NCBI RefSeq assembly: GCF_009914755.1 | Contig: NC_060936.1 | DNA length: 64,000 bases | Source of the DNA: the human T2T-CHM13v2.0 reference genome, Homo sapiens | Direction: 5' to 3' (one strand) | Shown: one piece after another, positions 13,431-26,276 of the stretch | How positions within the stretch are numbered: position 1 is the stretch's first letter | Layout: each line of letters begins with the position of its first letter | Position numbers and translations under genes: made by a program | Notes under the pieces: model-generated | The model's input: only the letters and a program-made list of their open reading frames with translations | Databases searched by the model: none | What the model was told of the DNA's origin: nothing

Positions 13431-13945
13431 GAGTACTATTCAGCCATAAAAAAGAATGAAATCCTGTCATTTGTGACCACCTGGATGAACCTGGAGGGCA
13501 TCATGTTAAATGAAATAAGCCAGGCATAGATGGAAAAATACCTCATGATCTCAGTCATTTGGAAGCTAAAATAAAAAGTCGACATCATAGAAGGAGAAAG
13601 TAGCATAGTGATTACCAGAGACTGGGAAAGGGAGCAGAGAGGGAAGGAGGAAGGGGAGAGATTGGTCAATGGGGCCAAAATGACAGTTAAGAGAAATAAG
13701 TTCTGGTGTTCTGTTATTGCACAGTAGGGTGACTATGGGCAACAGTAAATTACTGTATATTATAAAATAGGTAGAAGAGAAGCTTTTGAATGTTTTCAAC
13801 ACACAAAAAAATGATAAATAATGTATGAGGCGATGGGTATTTGAACTACCCTAATTAGATCATTACACAAAATATATATGCATTGAAACATCAGACTGTA
13901 CCCTAGAAATATGTACCATTATAAGGTGCTAATTAAAAAAAGAAA
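13115..13945 (+). mobile_element. L1MA-type LINE-1 3' end
   Basis: gaaaacagtatggaggttcctcaaaaaattaaaaacagaactaccatatgatccagcaatcccact...gcacagtagggtgactat...A-rich end. Confidence 0.9.
13385..13425. repeat. (AT)n microsatellite (~20 units) inside L1MA
   Basis: Direct reading. Confidence 0.95.
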
Positions 13946-14358
13946 TTTTCAAAAAAGCTTAAAAGTTGACCATATATTAAAGAAAAGACATTTTCTATTT
14001 TAAAACCTTAGAGATTATTTATTTCATAATTAAATCTATATTAACTCTAGCTTATTTAGTTCAGCCTTTGTAAATAATATTTTTCTTTATTAACACATAC
14101 AGATCATGCCAAAACAGAAACATAAAAGCCATTTGCTGAAAGTTCAACGTATAAATATATACATGTATAGTACATATATTCATTCTCTCTCCAAACATGC
14201 ACATACACACATAATAGGCAGATACTACACTGAATGAAAAGGAAAGAGAAGAAGAATTAAGTTAAACTTACTAAGTGCCTAACTACAATTTCAGTAAAAA
14301 ACTACCAAAAGCCCATGCTACATAGTCATATATATATATGTTAAAAACTACAACTTGG

Positions 14359-14689
<331 letters not shown>

Positions 14690-15858
14690 TTAATGAAAGT
14701 AGATGCCTACTACGTGCAAGGTACTTTGTGGGAAATGTTCAGTGGACTATGGGTGTGTGTTGCCAGGCAACCAGTGAGAAGGATAACTCAGGGATAGAAT
14801 ACGAGAAGTGCTCTACAATAAAGGGGAGGATGGTACATCACTTGGTAGGCTTGTGCTGGAGGACTGGGGAAGACAAACCAGCTGAAGCAGGACTTGAATG
14901 ACATGGCATTTCACAAGTAGAGAACTGCGGGGAGCTGAAAGAAGGTCATCGTGGGATGATGTTAGAGGGTGAGCAGAAGCCTCTATGTGGTCAAGATCAG
15001 GGTTTATTTAAAGGCTATTTTTTAAATGACCAATATGGTAGTAGTCTGCTTGGTGGAGGTTAGGTGGAGTAGGTAGAGAAACCTACACAGCCTGGATGGG
15101 TGATGACAGCTTGGATGATAGAAGCTTCATGTTTGGTAAGTTGGTATTTTAAGAGAATCCTCAGAATATCATCCCTCTCCTACACTCAGGCAAAACTCCA
15201 CACTTCCTTCAATCAGACAGAACACCACCAGGCAGCAGTGGGTGCTCAAGCCCACTCAGAGGGCTCACTCCTAAGATCCGCCAACCACTAGTTGGACTTA
15301 CTGAGTAGCGATCATGATCTGACCCATTTTAACAACATGGTGGGGGTAATAAAATTACAGGTAAAAATTATCCCTGAACAGGAGGGAGAAAGAATATTTA
15401 ACTGTTTGATTTTTTGGAATTCTTGAGATCTAGACTTAGTACTACACTGGCAACAATAGAAAATAAAAAGGAATACTAAAGGTGAGGAAAGAGATCTTGG
15501 TGAAAGTTATTGTCATCGGTTTCTCTGGGTATTGTATGTTAATGGAAACCTGATTTCCCATTAGAACTACACAAGACTTGTAAGAACCTAGCATTACAGA
15601 AGAATCAAGTCAAGCTCTGTGAATAATCTGTATAAAATACCTGCCATAAACAATTACAGAATCCATTCCAGTTTGAAGGTTGTGATTCAAAATAGATTGT
15701 TTTAGACTTGAGATACTCAGAGAAACATAGAAAACAGAAAAGCAATACCCTCCATACTCTGGATGTGGATCTTTCAGTTTTACCAAATGGCTGGTTTCTC
15801 CCCAACCTCCAATCCACTCATAATCCAAGCTAAGTACCCATTCACTTACTGTCTATTG

Positions 15859-16174
15859 CTGTGCTGACCAGCATTTTAGCCACCAGCCACATGTGGCTAA
15901 TGACTACTTGACATGTAGTGAGTCTGAATTGAGATGCTCTAAGTGGGGCATATGTACCAGATTCCAAAGCTTAGCACAAAAAAGAAAAATATTTCATGAA
16001 TAATTTTTGAAAATATTGATTACACATTGAGATGGTAATCTTTGGATACATTGCATTAAATACGTTGTTTAAAAAACTAATTTCACCTTTAAAACACTTT
16101 CCTTGGCTACTTTGGCTACTAGAAATATTAAAATTAATATGTGGATTACATTCTATTTCTATTGGACAGTGCTG
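15859..16174 (-). mobile_element. MER33 (hAT-Charlie non-autonomous DNA transposon) with 8-bp TSD
   Basis: TIRs ctgtgctgacca / attggacagtgctg; agccacatgtggct motif; TSD GTCTATTG (15851-15858) / GTCTATAG (16175-16182). Confidence 0.85.
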
Positions 16175-18346
16175 GTCTATAGCTTCAGCTTTCTTTACAT
16201 CCCTGGATATATGACAGTTATAACTTTGAAACAAATGGAGATCCAAAATTTTCTAACTGAAATCCATCCTAGAAATCTCTCTTATAATGTTCTAAGCTTA
16301 AAGATAAGAAAAAATACAGGCCAGAGACATTTTTTTCTAACTTGAAACTTAAAAATATGTATGCTAATAGTGTGAATCATTATAGCTCTCTCATAATCTG
16401 AAATAGATGACAATGCCCCACCTATTGTTCCAGTTTCAGGCTTACTCAGTGTTAATTCCTTTCTAAACTTGCCATTTCCTGCTCCATGAAGACAGCAACA
16501 ACAATATGTAAAGAAAAATGGGTTGACGCTTGGGCTAATTGGCCCTGTCTTAGCTCTGCTATAGAGAGCAGAAAATATCCCATGTCTACACACAAAACCT
16601 TACACAATTATTTAGTGTCAGAGCTAGCAAGAGAACCTATATCCCTTATCCAAATTTGTTTTTCCTTCTCACTATACTTCTTTGTTTTTCCCTGCAAAAA
16701 TGGGGCAAGAAGGGGTTGTTTTGAATAAAAGTCTCTAGGTTTCTGGACTGACAGAGGGTAATGGCTGGTCTACATAGAATCATCATGTCTCTTTCTACAC
16801 CTGACTCTTAAAAGTTGCAAACAGTGTTTAAACATTATACTTTCCCTTTCAACAAATAATTGTCAATTTCTTCTCATACCCATTTTCCAAAGCCTTACGA
16901 GCAGGTGTTACTGCTATTTATGATCAGCACAGCAGCCTACTGGGAGAAGCTATGCAGAGAAAAGTAAAATAGAATGTTTTTCCCTTAACATTTGATGAGA
17001 AAAATATTTCCAGGCAAATATGGCAATTGTACCAACATTTCATAGAATCACAAAATCTTCGATCTGAAAAGAATCTTTTGTTGCTAGAATAAAAGAAATG
17101 TGTCAAGCTTGCTATTTATTGTTTTGATATTTAAAAGACAGGATTTTTCAAACTTTTAGACATAGTTATGGAAAGAACTAGAGTATTAAAAGGGAGAAGG
17201 GAAAAAGAAACAGTAAAATAAAGGATAACACATATGTACTAAAACAGAAATATTTTAACTATATCTTTAAAGTAATAGAAACAAATATTTTATCTAATCA
17301 CTATAGCTCCTTGTTCTAATTTTAAGGTAAGTTTATAATGAAGGAAAGGCCAATCAGCCACAATTATACGAGCATAAAAATCTACAACTATTTTAGATAT
17401 CGTGGGAAATTTAGATACTACACATCTCTCCCTTGATATAGCTCAGGAAGCTGCTAGTTTCAGCCACAGTACAATTAATGCTAATTGGAATATGCTTTAC
17501 ACAATTTCATAATAAAAGCTTTTAAGAATTTTTTGTGATAGTCTATTCTATAATGAGTTTCAGAAAGCTTTGTCTACTTAAAATTGAATAGGGTTTTCTA
17601 GGTGAAACTTTTTATGTAAGTAATACTTTCCTAAAAATCGGCATTGAAGTCTTTTGATATCTTTACAGACTTCTTAGAGACTCATAATTACCTTCTTTTC
17701 TATCTTTCTTTTTCATCCTTTTCTTTCCATACACTATATATAAAAGTGAACAAGAAATTAAGTGGAGAGGTATCTGGTTTGAAAATATTTTTTTTTACTC
17801 ATCTCGTAATTAAGGCACTTCAAATACTGAAATTTTCAACAGAAAAGAAAAATAAAGAAAATGAAAAGAAGCATTATAGGAAAATGATCATGGTCATTTT
17901 GTGAACAGTTGGGAAATAATCCTGGGAATGACATTTTCTTAGATCTTTGTCAAATAAGCCATTTAATGTTTTCATGTGTCAATTTCACCATCTTTCCAAG
18001 AGCCACTTACTCACTCAGGCACTAACACAGGCTTAGCAAAGCTCCACTGTGAAACACGAACGAGTGATTGGTGTAATCTGGACTGCAATGCAAAACTCAC
18101 TTGTTCTGATGTAAAGGATATCTTTTATATCCAGAGATTGTGATTTAGTGACAACAGTCACCTGATTATTCACAAAAAGTTATCAAATCACTTACCTTGA
18201 ATAGGTAAGGTATTATTTAATTCTTGCAGCTAGCCAGTAAATTTTCAGATGATCAAACATTTCTTCTAGGGTTAATTATTATTACTTACTTCAAGAAAAA
18301 GTGCTGTGTAGGAGAATAATGTCAACCTATATAAGAATCTATTATC

Positions 18347-18436
18347 AGCATGGCACATGTATACATATGTAACTAACCTGCACATTGTGCACATGTACCC
18401 TAAAACTTAAAGTATAATAATAATAAATTTTAAAAA
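18347..18436 (+). mobile_element. L1PA2/L1PA3-like extreme 3' fragment (~75 nt + tail) with TSD
   Basis: agcatggcacatgtatacatatgtaactaacctgcacattgtgcacatgtaccctaaaacttaaagtataataa; TSD AATCTATTATC at 18336-18346 and 18437-18447. Confidence 0.92.
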
Positions 18437-18887
18437 AATCTATTATCTACAGTTTAGTTTGAAATTTTATTTAATATTTTATCTTACCTCGTTGAAGAAA
18501 CAACCTAACTACTAATGTTTTCTTTTAAGGTAAGTAGCAGGGTTTGGGGCATTGTGTCACCTATTGTATAAGTTAAATTTTCCAAAGAAAAGGGATGCAA
18601 AAAGTGTTATCACAGATATTCATCCTTGTATTTAACTAAGGATATTACGTTACAAAGGCATCAGTATTTTATTGTACTGAATTTCTTTGACATAAGCACC
18701 TAAGATTCATGAAGCATATTCTATTTGGTCACTTTTGTTAAAGTACTTTCTGCAAAGCAAATTTAATATCCAACACCATTTATCTCATTAGTATAAATAG
18801 TATAAATATTTGTTTTCAAATTCTTTAAGAAGGTACTCTAAACACAATCATTTGAAAAAATATATAGATTGAATATCTCTAAAAGCA

Positions 18888-19013
18888 AGGGTATTCATAT
18901 GTCACCATTTTTCTAGGACAATCCTGGATATAAACCTGTTGCCTAGTCTATATACTCATGTTATCTTTATCAAAAATGTCCTGGGTTGGGTAGAAAATTA
19001 TATGGCAACCCTA
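18888..19013 (+). mobile_element. MER94-like (hAT-Blackjack) MITE
   Basis: TIRs agggtattcatat / tatatggcaacccta; internal aggacaatcctgg...cctgttg. Confidence 0.7.
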
Positions 19014-20025
19014 GTAATAGCCAAAGAGCAATGAGAACTCAAAGGTTTCACAATTTCTGTTCTTTGGTTCCTTCACTGACTCAAATATGCAGATTGAATT
19101 AAATACCCTTTCAAGATATTTATGTAATTATAAAATTCTGTGATTCTTCATTCTAATCAAAGTGTAACTGGATCATTCAGCTAACACTAATTTAGAAAAT
19201 CTGACTTAGTTTTCAGACTGAACTTGTAACATTGTCTTAAAACTCATTGAAAAGGGAAGGCATATAACTTTTATTTAATATAAGCTAGTATTTAAAATAC
19301 ATACACATTTTTTAAATTTGTGAATCCTTAAAAGGATTTTTGCATTGCCTCAAAGTGGGATTTAAGAGAAAAATCCCACATTATCAAAATAAAGCCATGA
19401 AAGCAATTATTTGTAGGATTAGATGAACTCCTTTTTGGAATAAGAAATTAACAAAAGGAAAGAGATTCAAAAAGACAAAATGGTATCCTGCAAGAAAAAG
19501 GTACATTTCATTAGTATTAATTTGTTAAAACTTGATGCTTTCCATAATAAATTACCACAACTCTCAATCCAGTATTAAGAAGGAGAAATACTAAAGTTGT
19601 ACTTTTACGTAGTAAAGCTCTACAGAAGGAATTACAATAAAACCTGTAGATTACATATTTATATGTTCACATACAATATTGTTCATAAACATTCTCTATG
19701 TTTTCTGCATAGTGGTCCAAACTCTTTTTTTTTTTTTTTTTTTTTTTGTAAAGAGCTGTTTCTACAGTGCTGACTTTAATTAACGATTTTAGAATGTGTA
19801 TCTATCTTCTTTATTAAAAAAAAAACAGAGCTACTAAGCTATTTCCTTTATTGGGTCACCTTTAGGACTTATTATTTGAAGTACTTCTTAGAAGCTGCTA
19901 TGCCAAAGTGCCTAGAATTTTAACTGTTTCTCAAACAGATCTAAAACTGGATGTCAAACCCTTCATAAATAGAGTATGTGTTAGGGTGTGTAATATCCAC
20001 GTATATCCAACTTCTAACTTGTAAA

Positions 20026-20110
20026 ATATATTTAAGTCAGTTACCTCTGACTTAAATATATAGATTATATATATAATTTAAATATATTATATATAATTTA
20101 AATATATTAT
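20026..20110. repeat. Perfect 15-bp inverted repeat plus adjacent 20-bp AT-rich tandem duplication
   Basis: ATATATTTAAGTCAG-ttacct-CTGACTTAAATATAT (20026-20061); atataatttaaatatattat x2 (20071-20110). Confidence 0.9.
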
Positions 20111-20739
20111 AAACCATATAATGCTCTGCTCACTGTTAATAAACTAAATATTTTTGTAAAAAACAGAGACCAACCACTTTGGGAAAACCTGTTCACAAAA
20201 TATAGGTTAAAGTAATTTGCTCTAAGGATACTACATTAAGGCCAAACCTGCTAAGGTATTTGATATGAATTTATTCACCTAATTTTTAACAGTTTGATAA
20301 CAGCAAGTGGATATAAAATTGATCATCAAAATAGGAAATTATAAATATGAAATCCACAATGCTTGAAAGTAGAGATTTTTTTAAAGGAGTGCAATTCTTA
20401 AAATTTTCCTGTTTTTATTATGTGTTTCTCTATCCAGATACATCTTATAAAAGGAAAGAAAAAATACCTTTTTTTTTTCCTATGAAAGTTAGGAGTAAGC
20501 CACTCAGTCAAATCACAGATAGGAAAAAACATTAAATAAATATATTCCAATGTCTATTCATAAGTGCCCCGGACAAAAACCTCATATTAACATATTATTC
20601 ATATAAATACTATTTGGGGGTTTAGAGAGAATATTGAATAAGGCAGGTCCAATTTAAAATCATTAGTGAATGAAGTCAGATATAGTTGAAACAAAAATTT
20701 TGAACTCAGACATATTGAATATTAAAAACATGAGGTACT

Positions 20740-21480
20740 GGAATCATTTGACAGCTGATATTCAGTGGTAACCAGCGGCCCTGAAAAGACAACTTAAAAG
20801 ATATTTGAACGCGTGTGTGCGTGTCTTTCTATGTGCTTGTGTGTCCACATGTATAAATAAAGTACTAACCTACTAGTTATCTCTTTTTACTCTCAGCCTG
20901 TCAAAAAAACCTGTCAGCTGCAAAGGCGATAAGGGGGGCAGTTAAAAGAAGATACTGGAGCCTTAAGCTTCTTAATGTGCCAAGAATCAATCCCATGAAA
21001 GCAAACAACTTGAAAAAGGGTTATACGTATTTAGGAAATCTCTGAGGCTCCCTTCCTGCTCTGCTCGAGCTGGAGCGAGTGCTCAAGTTTTCTCACCCTA
21101 ATGACCCCTGAAGCAGCCCTGAGGGATTGCAAAACAAGGCCGTTACACAAGGCAGCTTGCTAATTGAGAAGTTGATCGGGGGTAGAGAAATCCTGCTTTA
21201 CCACGTTAAGTGTCGAAATCAAGCATGACTAGATTGACGTCGCCAAATCACCGTCTGGAGGCCACTCCACGCCAGGAGCAGCAGGGCTTTTCACACCTGA
21301 TAGGCCCTCACTCTATCTACATCAAGTCACATTAAGAAAGGAATGTATTACGGAACTGGAGTCCGTGCCCCTCAGAGCATTACTCCACTGCCTAATTGCT
21401 GCTTCTCCGCTTCCCCGCTTCCCCGAAGTAACAAATGTGTCCACGTGGACCTGCAGCTTACCTGATCCCTTTGGAAAACC
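20740..21480. promoter_or_regulatory. Candidate intronic enhancer / internal promoter
   Basis: Locally raised GC and CpG; TGACAGCTG 20749-20757, CTGTCA 20898 and 20911, CAGCTG 20915, TGACGT 21235, CACGTG 21442. Confidence 0.4.
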
Positions 21481-22159
21481 AACCTTCCTCCACCTACTCT
21501 GCCGATTTGCTCCATTATAAAAATGCAACACCACCAAGACCCAGAGTAAGTTAGAGGAAGACAGTAGGGCTAGAAATTTTGTATTACATATCTCGATCAC
21601 ATTGATTTAAATTACAGGGACCTTGGAACAATGTATAAACGATGACTCTTTAAACCTTTTATTTTTAAATGAAGTTGCAGATGCAGGATGTCTGATCAAC
21701 GAAAACGCCTGTCTCTCGGATAGTGATTTAGACACCACACGGTGTGCAGAGAGGAGAGACCTTCTGCTTTTGAACTTTGAGTCCCCAGTCACGGATTTGC
21801 TGCTCTCCAACCTAAAATCTCCTGTGACAGATGGCATAATAGATATTCCCAACAGCCCAGACTAGCAGGCTGATATTACTTGGTATTTTTTCTTATAGTC
21901 TTTCTGACAGGTTCAAAGCACTTAACCAATGATGTGTTTTAGGTAGGGGATAAAAGGTGACTTAGGAACTTTCCCCCTATTTGTACCACTTTTTAAATTT
22001 TAAATCTCAGTTTTCTTACTGACACAATGGAGCTAATTCCTATCTGTGCTCTGTTAACTGCAAGACACATAAAGAAGAAAAATGGCTTGTTTCCAACCGC
22101 AAAGGATTTATCGGCCATTAGAAAAGAAAGTCTTCTATAAATCTGTAATAGAAAAATTA

Positions 22160-22330
22160 ATCCTTACCATACATTTTGAGAGGTGGTAGGTGGCATCCAT
22201 TCTGTGAGTGGGGAAACAGAAGTATAGAGAGGTAGCAGTGACATGTCTAAGATCTCATAGTCATTAACAGCAGTGATAGAAATCTGGCCGAGTCCGAGTC
22301 TATGTGTTCTGATACCTAGAAGGGTGCTCC
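22160..22330 (-). mobile_element. MIR SINE
   Basis: ccattctgtgagtggggaaacagaagtatagagagg...tctaagatctcatag. Confidence 0.6.
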
Positions 22331-22869
22331 CTACATAAGGCACCTCCTTTCTTACCCTCAATTGAAGTATGATACATAGTATGACAAACTAGTAACAAAA
22401 AGAAACAAACACAAAACACACAAAAGAAAAGGTGTTTTCGTTTGTTTATTTTTACCTAGAAAAACATAACAGGGCAATCTACAGTATTATGTAACCTGGT
22501 ACTGACTTCCAAGTTATAATCTAAACTTAACATTATGATGTCCGTCATGTTTTTATAAAAAGCTCCCTATTCTCTTTTGCAGCTCAAAATTCATAAATAA
22601 ACCCATATGAATAAAACCCCACTAAAATGGAAGCTTTGTTTATCTTCAAAAATATAGGCATAAGGTCAATTTCCACACACTAAACGTCATACTGTCTACG
22701 AAGCCTTTTTAATGGAAAAAGCAACTAAAAGACCAAGTCCTCTCTGATAATGATACCTCCGCAAATTAGACAAATTAGTCCAAAGATTTCCCTTTGCTTA
22801 CATTTTAAAGAAACATCTGAAATCAATATCAATACGAAATTTGGTCAATTATGTAAGGGCTTAGTGTAT

Positions 22870-23070
22870 AAGAGCTAATGTTTATTGAGCCCTGTCTCTG
22901 TACCAGACACTGTTCTAAGCATTTGACACGAGTTATTTCATTAATCCTCAGGACAACTGAATGAGGCAGGTTTATTCATCCATTTTATGGATGAGGAAAA
23001 TGAGGCATGCAGAATTATGTAATACACCCAGCGTCACATAGATAGATAATAGGAGAGCTGGACTCCACAC
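22870..23070 (-). mobile_element. MIR SINE
   Basis: gctaatgtttattgagc...ccagacactgttctaagc...cattttatggatgaggaaaatgaggca. Confidence 0.8.
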
Positions 23071-23349
23071 ACTGAGCCATTTAGGATTTCCCCTCTTGTG
23101 TCAAGAGAACAACAGAAGGAGCCTCAGAGGCTATTCACTACTACCTCTTAAAGATCACTTTTCATGTCCTGACCTGTAGGAAGTGCTTATACATAAAGCT
23201 AAATTCTTCAGACTTTCTACTCACCAGGGCCTTACAGTCTAGTTCTCCCTACGTGACATCCTTCTCTTCTGCAGACTACATTACCCTCCCTCTCCCCATG
23301 TTCAATGCACGTAGAAATGAATGTCGGAACATTTGCAAGTCCCTCGAGC

Positions 23350-24085
23350 CACAGGTCTTGAACTTAACTTTGAATTTGCCTCCTCTTCTCAGACCCCCAA
23401 ATCTAGCCCTGCCGCTGTGTTAAAAGGGGATCTGTCCTCTTTTGTCTCAGTAAGCTACTTCTAGCGCGCATCGCTTCTCCCTTGCACTCATACTACAACC
23501 TCCCAGCTGAACATCTTTCCACCAGCCTGCCCTGCCCTGCTGTCCGCCTTCCACTCTGCAGCCGGTAGCCTTTCTATAACACAGCTCCAACCCATTGATC
23601 CTGCTTATAACCTTCCATAGCTCCCCTACTGTATGCAGGATAGATGCAGGGAAGCATGAAAGGTCCATCCTGTCTGTCTTCTTTTCTGTCTTCTATCCCA
23701 TCACTGAGCCTCAGCCCCAATGTGCTGTCTACTCCCTGGACTCAGCATCTACTTTCACACCTGATGTCCTACCACTCCTGCCTGCTGAGTTCCTACTAAA
23801 TCTATTCTTCCTGGAAGACTACTGCTGCTTTTTTTTCATATTCAGATCAAATGTCAATGGATCTATGAAGCCTCTCTGATTTCCTTGAGGCAGAATAAAT
23901 AACACACTTCTTTAGACATTTAAGCACTTGTTTTCATATACTACTTCATCTTTCAGAATCTGTATCAGTTACGTACCTGTTTGTCTCTTTCTCACTACAT
24001 AATAAGCTCCCTGAAAACTTGCCTTCTCCTTTACTCTGCACCTAACACATGTGATGTTCATATGCTCCATAACTGCTGAATTAGA
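23350..24085 (+). mobile_element. L2 LINE fragment
   Basis: Pyrimidine-rich L2-like body with taagctccctgaa and 3' gctccataactgctgaattagaatg. Confidence 0.55.
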
Positions 24086-24889
24086 ATGTAGAGATATATA
24101 AATGGAAATTAACATTCTTGCATTGTCCAACTATATAGACTGCATACAGGGATTTTACTTATGACCCCTAGATTAGTACCATCTATTTTTAAATACCATT
24201 TTAAATTCAGTGTACAATGGACATAAGACCTGTAGGTGGAAGTCAAAAATAAATTACTTAAAAGCTGTTACAAAGAAATGATTATACCACCCTCCCCACG
24301 TTCTTTCCTAAACTATCTATTTTAGAAATAACCCAATAAGGGCAAAGCTATATGAGTAAAACTACACTGGAAGCTTGCTAGGCAACATGAGAATCTACTT
24401 GCTGAAACTTAGCACCAATTCCATCTGTCTTTGATCACACTCAAGATGGTTTAGGTGCCAACACATCAGAATTCTAATATTAGCAGATGCAGAAAACTTG
24501 TGACTGGTAACATCTGTATCCCTCATATCTAGTGATATTTCTTTACCATCATTACCCCATTACTCTAAAGAGTTAACAAACAGCATGATATTATATACCT
24601 AACTTAGGCAGACAGTCAGAAGGTGCACCAACACCCACCTGAATTCTGAAAGGCCGTAAACTTTCTTCTTTTTAGGATCATCTCCTAAATTTCCTTTTCA
24701 GCTTCTAGGACCATCTCTTATCACAATTCTTCCATGAAGGCCTCCTAAATAAGCTGAGTTATTAAAATCACATTTTCCTAAGTAGTTGGCAGTTATTCTT
24801 CATTATTTTCATCATATAGGTTGTCATCTTATTGCATTTATTTCAGCATTCCTAAATATATTATTCTACCCCACTCCCTCCTTCTACCC

Positions 24890-25030
24890 TCCAGTCAATA
24901 TTTATTGAGTACCTATTATCAGCCAGATTTTCTACTAGATGTTGTATATAATAAAACAAATAAGAATTTCCCCTGTTCACAAAACGTTTGTGGTATAGTT
25001 TTGGAAGAGGACAAGTAAGAATAATAACAA
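24890..25030 (-). mobile_element. L2 3' fragment
   Basis: aatatttattgagtacctattat...gccag...ccctgttcac. Confidence 0.55.
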
Positions 25031-25257
25031 ACAAACAGAAAGGACATTCTCATCTCATAACAAATCATTCTGCACACATCTAGAGGAGAATTTTTTTCCT
25101 TAAGGCAGTAATTTCCTCATTTCACTCATCTGTTCAATAACTTACAATGGCTCCATCTCACCAACATAATAATATTCAGGTTGCCCATGATGGTTCTCTG
25201 GATCAATTTAACAGGGCCACAGTTCTTTCTAACTTTCTTCTAAATGTGTCACCTAAT

Positions 25258-25380
25258 TATGGCTGCCAGATTTAGGATCACAAATTATTTTATGTGACAT
25301 TTTTAGACTAAAATAATTATCCATTATTTATCAGAAATTTGAGTTTACCTGGGTATCCTGTATTTTGTCTGGCAACACTA
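25258..25380. mobile_element. MER53-like MITE, internally deleted
   Basis: TIRs ggctgccagatttag / tctggcaacacta; gggtatcctgtatttt motif. Confidence 0.65.
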
Positions 25381-25898
25381 CAACTAATTCCACCATCTCA
25401 TTTGGAATTAGATGTACAATGGACTCCAGTCCTCAGTAGGCAACAACTTTCATAAGAAATATATTCTGTCCTCATTGCTCACGGCACCTCATCGCCTCCC
25501 AGAAGTCTTGCCAGGCAACAGAGACTGAGTTTTTCTTTAAACTCATAGTTTCATGAAACTTAGAAAATGTTAACTAACTACCTAAAGTGACAGTACTGCA
25601 ATTTTCTCAAATTCATGTACAATGAATGTTTAGGGGAATTCTAAGAGAATTTTTTCTTCCAAAGCTTGTATAAACTACTCAAGTTTGAGAACAATTGTAT
25701 TTTACTTAGCTTACCTGAACAATATAAATTAAAAATAACTTCCTACTTTTAACTCTACATGGGGTAGAGGGAGAAAGGGGAGGGGTCAGGTAGAAGGGAT
25801 GGAGGAACAGGGAAGAGAAGAAGCAGTTGTGCTCTCTTTGGAGTAGATGGTCTCAGGCTGGCCCATGCTCAGGTCTGACCTTAGGTATAAAAGTTTCA

Positions 25899-26276
<378 letters not shown>

